From a virus (Duplodnaviria > Caudoviricetes): a stretch of DNA of 32,656 bases. The stretch spans positions 1-32,656 of IMG/VR virus record IMGVR_UViG_3300030330_002507. One strand, 5' to 3'. The position numbers and the translations under genes were made by a program. Shown piece after piece: positions 26,954 to 32,656 of the stretch (position 1 is the first letter of the stretch; every line of letters starts with the position of its first letter). Under the pieces are notes generated by a model. The model searched no databases. It was not told the DNA's origin and was given only the letters and a program-made list of their open reading frames with translations.

Positions 26954-27172
26954 ATGACAAAAAAAGATAATGAGTTTAGTAAAACCCTTAGATATAAAGG
27001 GATAAGTAAAAGATTTTTAGGAGATCAGTTAAATGTTTCTCAACCAACTATTAAAGATTACTGCGAGAACCCAAGTAAGTTTAGGTTAGATCAGTTAAGA
27101 GCTATAGGAAAAATTACTGATATGAGTGTAAGTGAATTAGATGAGATTATAGATGAAAAAAAAGAGAAATAA
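26954..27172 (+). CDS. Cro/XRE-like HTH regulator
   Basis: KGISKRFLGDQLNVSQPTIKDYCENP..FRLDQL..I pattern. Confidence 0.7.
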   Translation: MTKKDNEFSKTLRYKGISKRFLGDQLNVSQPTIKDYCENPSKFRLDQLRAIGKITDMSVSELDEIIDEKKEK

Positions 27173-27401
27173 AAGAGAGAACTTAATTGCTTTTAAAGAT
27201 TTAACTGAGAAGCAAAAAGATAAAATATTAGATCATCTTAGATTAACAGGCGAAGCTATAGCTAAAGCCCAATTTAGATTTAACGTTACTGCAATAACTA
27301 TTAATAAAATCTATGCTGAGAGATATAATAAAAGAGAAAAAAATATTAACAATTTAATAACTGAAGTAAAAAATTACGCCGATGATCTTAGAAATAATTA
27401 G
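27153..27401 (+). CDS. Hypothetical protein, possible HTH
   Basis: 82 aa; IAKAQFRFNVTAITINKIY. Confidence 0.55.
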   Translation: MKKKRNKRENLIAFKDLTEKQKDKILDHLRLTGEAIAKAQFRFNVTAITINKIYAERYNKREKNINNLITEVKNYADDLRNN

Positions 27402-27546
27402 CTTTGGAGTTGGCTTCTATTTTGGAATAAAGCTTATGCAATATCATGAAAATTCTGAGCATAAAAAAGAAATAGATAAGCTCCATAAAAAATATATAGA
27501 TTGCTACGATTATCACTTTAAAAACCTTAATAATAATAAAAAATAA
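27382..27546 (+). CDS. 54-aa small membrane protein (not in the ORF track)
   Basis: MILEIISFGVGFYFGIKLMQYHENSEHKK...; fills the gap and ends 6 nt before the next ATG. Confidence 0.55.
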   Translation: MILEIISFGVGFYFGIKLMQYHENSEHKKEIDKLHKKYIDCYDYHFKNLNNNKK

Positions 27547-27552
27547 AAAACT

Positions 27553-27831
27553 ATGGCACAAACAGAAAAAACCTTTATCAATGGATTATTTATTAGAGAG
27601 AAAGAATTTGATTGGGGTACGATCTTATCAGTTGATATAGATGTAAATAAAGTTACTAAGCAACTTAATGAGTTAAAAAATGAGAAAGGATTTGTAAAGC
27701 TTGATCTTAAAAAAAGACAAAATAAATCAGATCAAGGATTAACTCACTATGCAGAACTTAACACGTTTATTCCTAAAGAGAATATACAATCTAATCAACA
27801 AGCTACTAATGATGATGATTTACCTTTTTAA
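27553..27831 (+). CDS. Putative single-stranded DNA-binding protein
   Basis: 92 aa with an SSB-type acidic tail DDDLPF, upstream of the replication initiator. Confidence 0.6.
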   Translation: MAQTEKTFINGLFIREKEFDWGTILSVDIDVNKVTKQLNELKNEKGFVKLDLKKRQNKSDQGLTHYAELNTFIPKENIQSNQQATNDDDLPF

Positions 27832-27834
27832 GCT

Positions 27835-28476
27835 ATGAATAAAGAAAGAAACTTCTTAGGGATTTGGATACCTAAAAACATATATCTTAATCAAGAATTG
27901 AGTTGGAGTGAGAAAATTCTATTAGTAGAGATTGAAAGCTTAGATAATGAAAATGGTTGCTTTGCTTCAAATGATTACTTTGCAGATTTCTTAGGAGTTA
28001 CTAAGACAACTATCTCAACTTCAATTAGTAAGCTTAAAAAATTAGGATTTATAGAGCAGGTTTCTTTTGATGGTAGAACCAGAGTTATTAAAGTTATAAG
28101 CTCAGAGTTTAAAAAAACCGAAAGGCAGAGTTTAAAAAAACCTAAAGGCAGAATAAAGAAAAATTTAAAACATAATAATACAAGTAATAATACAACTATA
28201 AATCATATATCATTAAGGGAGCAAAGATTTAAAAATGATGTTTCTTTATTAGACGCCGATCTTAATACTCAAAAAGAATTTATTAGCTATTGGACAGAAA
28301 AAAATCCTAAAGGAACTAAAATGAAATTTGAAATGGAAAAAACATTTGATATTAGTAGGAGATTATTAAGGTGGCAAACCAATTCTAAAAAATGGAATAC
28401 TCAAAAAAGTAAATCAACTATAAAAACCTCAGCTGAGAGTTATATGAGTGCAAGATCAAAACTATTAGGATTATGA
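27835..28476 (+). CDS. Replication initiator (N-terminal HTH_36-like domain)
   Basis: LSWSEKILL.EI.SL...GCFASNDYFA.FLG.TK.TIS..ISKL...GFI, basic linker, C-terminal F..YW.E domain. Confidence 0.75.
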   Translation: MNKERNFLGIWIPKNIYLNQELSWSEKILLVEIESLDNENGCFASNDYFADFLGVTKTTISTSISKLKKLGFIEQVSFDGRTRVIKVISSEFKKTERQSLKKPKGRIKKNLKHNNTSNNTTINHISLREQRFKNDVSLLDADLNTQKEFISYWTEKNPKGTKMKFEMEKTFDISRRLLRWQTNSKKWNTQKSKSTIKTSAESYMSARSKLLGL

Positions 28477-28850
28477 AAATAAGTGAAATAGATAAGAAAG
28501 AGTTATTAGTTTTATGTAATGATCTATTATTTAAAACTATAATAGAATTAGGACAAAATAAAAAAGAGGACTGGTTTTTAGTTATGAGTAATAGTTTAGC
28601 TAATGATCTTATAGAGGACTTTCCTAAGTTAAGCTTTATAGATATTATTAGAGCTTTTAGAGAGGGGGTTAGGAATGTAGATGATCTTAGATTTGTTTTA
28701 AATGTTCAAACTTATTATTTATGGATTAAAAATCATAGGCAATTAATTTGGGATAATAGTTCCGTAGAACCTAATAGAATAGATAAGAGATTAAAATATA
28801 GAAGCAGAAAGGGAACGGGTTTATTAGAAATTAAAAAAGCTTTAAAATGA
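28473..28850 (+). CDS. Hypothetical protein, possible helicase loader
   Basis: ATGA-coupled directly after the initiator (lambda O-P-like position); function inferred from position only. Confidence 0.5.
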   Translation: MKISEIDKKELLVLCNDLLFKTIIELGQNKKEDWFLVMSNSLANDLIEDFPKLSFIDIIRAFREGVRNVDDLRFVLNVQTYYLWIKNHRQLIWDNSSVEPNRIDKRLKYRSRKGTGLLEIKKALK

Positions 28851-29206
28851 GAAACAGACAGCCAGAATTACAATTACAAATTGCAGTAGTTACTTGGCTA
28901 AAGCTTAACTTTCCGGAGATTAGATATTGTGCTTCAGCTGGAGGTATGAGGACAAGCTTATCAGTAGCTAAAAAAATGAAAGCTTCTGGCTATGTTAAGG
29001 GCTTCCCTGATCTTTTTTTATACCACCCTACTATGAGCAAAAATGGAATGGCTATAGAGTTAAAAGCTAATAAGCAATCCTATGCAACTAAAGAGCAAAA
29101 ACAATGGATAGCTGACCTCAATAATAGGGGTTATTATGCAGTAATATGTAAATCTTTTGAGGAGGTAGTAACCGAAATTACTTCCTATTTAAATGAGGAA
29201 GTATAA
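28847..29206 (+). CDS. VRR-NUC domain nuclease (Holliday junction resolvase-like)
   Basis: E..LQ, G...GFPDL, IELK and Q..W...L...GY are PD-(D/E)XK VRR-NUC motifs. Confidence 0.85.
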   Translation: MRNRQPELQLQIAVVTWLKLNFPEIRYCASAGGMRTSLSVAKKMKASGYVKGFPDLFLYHPTMSKNGMAIELKANKQSYATKEQKQWIADLNNRGYYAVICKSFEEVVTEITSYLNEEV

Positions 29207-29283
29207 AAAAAAGTTTTATTTTATAGCTGTTATATAAAAAAAAGTTTTATCTTTGTCAAGTATTAACCAAAAAACTTATAGAA
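29205..29283 (+). promoter_or_regulatory. Early promoter with A-tract boxes and ACCAAAAAACT leader
   Basis: Box TTATATAAAAAAAAGTTTTAT 29230-29250; -7 TATCTTTG 29248-29255. Confidence 0.8.
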
Positions 29284-29736
29284 ATGACAGAAATTATTAA
29301 AGAAGTAGGGAGCAAAAAAGATATGATCTTAGCCCTACTAAATTCAAAAGAATACGAAATTGATTTTGATAGAGATAATGGAATAGTAACCTATATCTCT
29401 AACTGTGAACTAAATGAAATGTTAGATGTTCAGCTATGCTTAGATAGTGATTACTTTAACAAAGAAATTTATTATCAACCTCGTTATAGCTCTGATCCTT
29501 GTGATGTGCAGTCAAAGGGTAATCTAAATATAATGGAGCTTGATCCTGATGATTTAGAAGCTTGGGACGATAGCGATTTTTGTGAAGTGTTTTATAACAA
29601 CATAGATAAAATTGAAGTAGAAAAAATAGAGGACGGAGAGCCGATCTCAGAATGTTGTGGAGCTACTATAATTCCTAATACTGATATTTGTGGTAATAGT
29701 GATTGTGGAGAGCATACAGGAACTCATAATATTTAA
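29284..29736 (+). CDS. Highly acidic protein with C-terminal Zn-ribbon-like motif
   Basis: About 35 D/E versus about 10 K/R in 150 aa; SECCGA...IC....CGEH. Confidence 0.7.
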   Translation: MTEIIKEVGSKKDMILALLNSKEYEIDFDRDNGIVTYISNCELNEMLDVQLCLDSDYFNKEIYYQPRYSSDPCDVQSKGNLNIMELDPDDLEAWDDSDFCEVFYNNIDKIEVEKIEDGEPISECCGATIIPNTDICGNSDCGEHTGTHNI

Positions 29737-29739
29737 GCC

Positions 29740-30165
29740 ATGATAAATACTGAAAATTTTATACAAGAATATAAAGATGACAATTTTGATGTTTCTTTAT
29801 ATAATGAAAAAGAACACTTATTAGCTAAATATAAAGATCAGTTAGATATAGAAAGTGAGGAGGAGATTGATGAGGTTAATGTTTCTACTTGTAAAGTAAA
29901 ATGGGATTTTGCTTTAGAGTGTAGGAGCTGGGGAGTTAAAAGCTTTACTTGTTATGCAACCGAAGTTGTTTTATCTCTATTAGTTGAGATCGTAGTAGAG
30001 AATACTGAAGCCCACTGGAAAACAAAGGAGGTAGAAATAGAAATGGATATAAGTGATTTTAAGTTAGATACTGAAGTTTCTCCTGATTTTACCGGATCAT
30101 TTTCAGTAGACAATATAGAGATTGATTTTGGGCAAAGGGATATAATAGTTAATATAAATAGATAA
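29740..30165 (+). CDS. Highly acidic hypothetical protein
   Basis: About 33 D/E versus about 13 K/R in 141 aa. Confidence 0.7.
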   Translation: MINTENFIQEYKDDNFDVSLYNEKEHLLAKYKDQLDIESEEEIDEVNVSTCKVKWDFALECRSWGVKSFTCYATEVVLSLLVEIVVENTEAHWKTKEVEIEMDISDFKLDTEVSPDFTGSFSVDNIEIDFGQRDIIVNINR

Positions 30166-30166
30166 T

Positions 30167-30250
30167 ATGTTTAAATTTTGTAGAAAGTGTTTTACTATGG
30201 TATTAGTTAAAGATCGTAAATGCTTTATATGTAAATACGAGATATGTTAA
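30167..30250 (+). CDS. 27-aa CxxC-CxxC micro-protein (not in the ORF track)
   Basis: MFKFCRKCFTMVLVKDRKCFICKYEIC; starts 1 nt after the previous stop and overlaps the next start. Confidence 0.55.
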   Translation: MFKFCRKCFTMVLVKDRKCFICKYEIC

Positions 30251-30465
30251 AACAAAAGCTTAAAAAATTCGTTTGCATATATTACGGCTGGATTACTCGG
30301 TATGGAGATTGGGACGTAGATGAGCTTCATATAATGGCTTATGATAAACAAGAAGCAATAGATAAAGCTAATACACTTTTACAAAATAAATTATTAAAGG
30401 GTAAACCCCAAATAATAACTGAAGCTTATTATAATCAAAAAATGAAACAACTTAGTAATAATTAA
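30244..30465 (+). CDS. Hypothetical protein
   Basis: 73 aa; A.DKQEAI.KA motif common in small phage early proteins. Confidence 0.65.
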   Translation: MLKQKLKKFVCIYYGWITRYGDWDVDELHIMAYDKQEAIDKANTLLQNKLLKGKPQIITEAYYNQKMKQLSNN

Positions 30466-30476
30466 ATAAATAAAAA

Positions 30477-30884
30477 ATGAATATGATAAAACCAAATGCA
30501 AAAGATGCTTGCTTGAAAATTTGTGAAGCTATATGGAGTTGTAGAGATGACGAACAAAAAAAGGGCTGTTATACTATGAGAGATAATTATATTAGAGATT
30601 ATGGAGAGGAAAGTTTAGGAGTTATCTTTATAGAACTTGAGTTAAAGAGATTAGAGAAAATGATTGAGAAAATGAAAGAGAGACAAATGCAAATGCAAAG
30701 AACTCAAGAAGCTTTAAAGAATAAAGAACCTAACCCTGATATTGATCCTACTAAAGCTGATCCTACTAAAAACACTGATGCAAGTCCATCGGCTGGATTT
30801 GATAGTAAGAAGCATAAGCTTGTAATGGATAAAGAATTAGGAAAGAGTAAAGTAGTTCCAATTAATGCGAAAGAAAAAAAATAG
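30477..30884 (+). CDS. Hypothetical protein
   Basis: 135 aa with a coiled coil and a Pro/Asp-rich linker (DPTK twice). Confidence 0.65.
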   Translation: MNMIKPNAKDACLKICEAIWSCRDDEQKKGCYTMRDNYIRDYGEESLGVIFIELELKRLEKMIEKMKERQMQMQRTQEALKNKEPNPDIDPTKADPTKNTDASPSAGFDSKKHKLVMDKELGKSKVVPINAKEKK

Positions 30885-30904
30885 CAACTGCATATCTTTG
30901 TAGT

Positions 30905-30992
30905 TGTTTCTATTGTTTTAAGTGAAGTTCTGATTAGCTTATGACAAATAGTTTTTTGGTAGAGGGAGGGGTAGTTCCCTCTCTCTTTTTTT
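30905..30992 (+). ncRNA. Candidate small RNA (about 85-90 nt)
   Basis: -7 box TATCTTTG 30893-30900, no credible ORF, ends in a terminator; contains TAGTTTTTTGGT, complementary to early-gene leaders. Confidence 0.4.
30961..30992 (+). terminator. Rho-independent terminator
   Basis: AGAGGGAGGGG-tagt-TCCCTCTCTCT stem with G-U pairs, then a T run. Confidence 0.8.
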
Positions 30993-31004
30993 ATTATCTT
31001 TACT

Positions 31005-31316
31005 ATGACTAAACACTCTAAATATTATTACGATTTTGATAGGAATATGCCTTATAAAGAAACCAATATAGATTTATCTAAGTATAAAGGATTAACAGAA
31101 CACTTAGATCAAGTAGATAAAATAAAAACTACTGCAACTAAATACGATAAGGTTATAACTATTAAAGTAGATCAGGATACCTATGATGCTTGGGAACTAT
31201 TAAAAGAGAATTGGGGAGATGTAATAGGATATGATAACGATAGTAAGATATTTGAGTTTGCAATAATAGAAGCTCTTAATATACCGATCTCAAGCTTAGG
31301 GGGTTTCAACTTCTAA
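31005..31316 (+). CDS. Hypothetical protein, possible ribbon-helix-helix C-terminus
   Basis: 103 aa; KVITIKVDQDTYDAWELLK followed by a helix. Confidence 0.6.
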   Translation: MTKHSKYYYDFDRNMPYKETNIDLSKYKGLTEHLDQVDKIKTTATKYDKVITIKVDQDTYDAWELLKENWGDVIGYDNDSKIFEFAIIEALNIPISSLGGFNF

Positions 31317-31365
31317 ATGTTAATAAAGATAATATAGCTAATATAAAAGATAATTTAACTTTATA

Positions 31366-31373
31366 TATATTTG
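31366..31373 (+). promoter_or_regulatory. -7 promoter box for the terminase operon
   Basis: TATATTTG about 17 nt upstream of the terS ATG. Confidence 0.5.
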
Positions 31374-31390
31374 TTTAAAAATACTACAAT

Positions 31391-31795
31391 ATGGGACACC
31401 CTAAAAAAAAGGAGCAAAAGAGAACGAGTTTAAATAAAGAAACTTTAATAAAAGCTTTAGAGAATAATATGGGCAATGTTACTTTAGCTTGTCACTTCTC
31501 TGGAGTGGCTCGATCTACTTTCTATAGATACTATGATAATGATAGTGAATTTAAAAAGCGAGTAGACGATATAGAGAATATGGCTATTGATGTTTGTGAA
31601 GCTGAGTTATGGAAGCTAATAAAAGACGGGAACTCTACTGCAATTATATTCTTTTTAAAAACCAAAGGAAAGAAGCGAGGTTATGTAGAAAGACAAGAGC
31701 TAACCGGACAAGATGGAACTCCTATAGTATGGAACGAAACCAAAACCTATAAAGAAACTAATGGAGCTATCAATAAAACAAACTCAAGCAATTGA
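31391..31795 (+). CDS. terS: Terminase small subunit
   Basis: HTH GNVTLAC..SGVARSTFYRY and TAIIFFLKTKGKKRGYVERQELTG.DG; overlaps the terL start. Confidence 0.85.
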   Translation: MGHPKKKEQKRTSLNKETLIKALENNMGNVTLACHFSGVARSTFYRYYDNDSEFKKRVDDIENMAIDVCEAELWKLIKDGNSTAIIFFLKTKGKKRGYVERQELTGQDGTPIVWNETKTYKETNGAINKTNSSN

Positions 31796-32656
31796 TATAT
31801 TAGAGAACTCTAATTATAATACTTTACTTTATGGAGGAGCAGCCGGAGGGGGAAAGTCAATCTTAGGTTGTTATTGGATTGCTAAGATGTGTTTAAAGTA
31901 TCCTAATACTCGTTGGGTTATTGGGCGATCTCGTTTAAAGACACTAAAAGAAACTACCCTCCAATCTCTATTTGAAGTTCTAAAAATACAGGGATTAAAA
32001 GCTCAAATAGATTTTACTTATAATGAGCAGAAATCTATAATCCTATTCCACCAAACTAAATCTACGATCTTATTAAAAGATTTATTTGCTATGCCCTCCG
32101 ATCCTCAGTTTGATGCTCTCGGATCGCTTGAGTGTACTGGCTGTTTCATAGACGAAGCTTCAGAGATAACTCCTACTGCATATAATATTTTACAAAGTAG
32201 GATCAGGTATAAGTTAGATGAGAATAACTTAATCCCTCGTATGTTATTAACTTGCAATCCCTCCAAAGCTTGGTTATATACTACTTTCTATAAACCTTAT
32301 ATAAATGGAACTTTAGATAGTAAGAAATACTTTATCCAATCTTTAGTTACAGATAATCCTCATATATCTAAACACTATATAGATCAGTTAGAAAGTTTAG
32401 ATATGGTAAATAAGAAACGTTTACTTTATGGAGATTGGACTTATTCCGATGATGAGAGTAATCTATTTTCAGTAGATAAACTAAATGATCTCTTTACTAA
32501 TAGCTATGTAAAAACAGGAGATAAGTTTATGAGTGTAGATGTAGCCAGATTTGGTAGAGATAAATCGGTTATATGTGTTTGGGACGGTTGGAGATGTATA
32601 AGGATAATAACTTATGATAAGAATAGTTTAAGTGAGTTAGCTGAGAATGTTAAAGG
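31761..32656 (+). CDS. terL: Terminase large subunit, N-terminal ATPase part (not in the ORF track; runs off the end into base 2 onward)
   Basis: MELSIKQ...LYGGAAGGGKS (Walker A), CFIDEA (Walker B), LTCNP (motif III), DNPHI, LLYGDW. Confidence 0.93.
   Translation, partial: MELSIKQTQAIDILENSNYNTLLYGGAAGGGKSILGCYWIAKMCLKYPNTRWVIGRSRLKTLKETTLQSLFEVLKIQGLKAQIDFTYNEQKSIILFHQTKSTILLKDLFAMPSDPQFDALGSLECTGCFIDEASEITPTAYNILQSRIRYKLDENNLIPRMLLTCNPSKAWLYTTFYKPYINGTLDSKKYFIQSLVTDNPHISKHYIDQLESLDMVNKKRLLYGDWTYSDDESNLFSVDKLNDLFTNSYVKTGDKFMSVDVARFGRDKSVICVWDGWRCIRIITYDKNSLSELAENVK
32546..32656. repeat. Terminal direct repeat, right copy
   Basis: Matches bases 1-111 at 110 of 111 positions. Confidence 0.95.

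Noticed and set aside
1-32656. CRISPR arrays, tRNAs, rRNA, IS elements, introns/inteins, stop-codon reassignment
   Set aside because: No repeat-spacer pattern, cloverleaf, transposase or interrupted core gene was seen, and genes tile densely under the standard code.

Overview
The window is an apparently complete, circularly permuted genome of a small AT-rich (about 30% GC by eye) siphovirus-like tailed phage. The unit length is 32,545 bp: bases 1-111 repeat at 32546-32656 and the large terminase gene spans the junction. All credible genes are on the + strand. TAnnTTTG promoter boxes and A-rich leaders without Shine-Dalgarno motifs point to a Bacteroidota (Flavobacteriia-like) host. Gene order: terL, tail chaperone with a probable -1 frameshift, tail completion/neck, tail tip, tape measure, dif-like site with small genes, C5 DNA methyltransferase, ClpP protease/scaffold, major capsid, tail tube, portal, connector, fibre, lysis cassette, metallophosphoesterase, early/replication genes, terS. 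I recognised no integrase, DNA polymerase, helicase or tRNA. The most notable signals are: (1) a XerCD dif-like site in an integrase-less tailed phage, whose XerC arm overlaps a 21-bp box shared with early promoters; (2) a promoter-to-terminator non-coding unit complementary to the common leader of the early genes; (3) a divergent CCA-adding/poly(A) polymerase-like nucleotidyltransferase; (4) near-complete avoidance of GAAGA/GAAGG. All counts were made by eye and no database searches were run.
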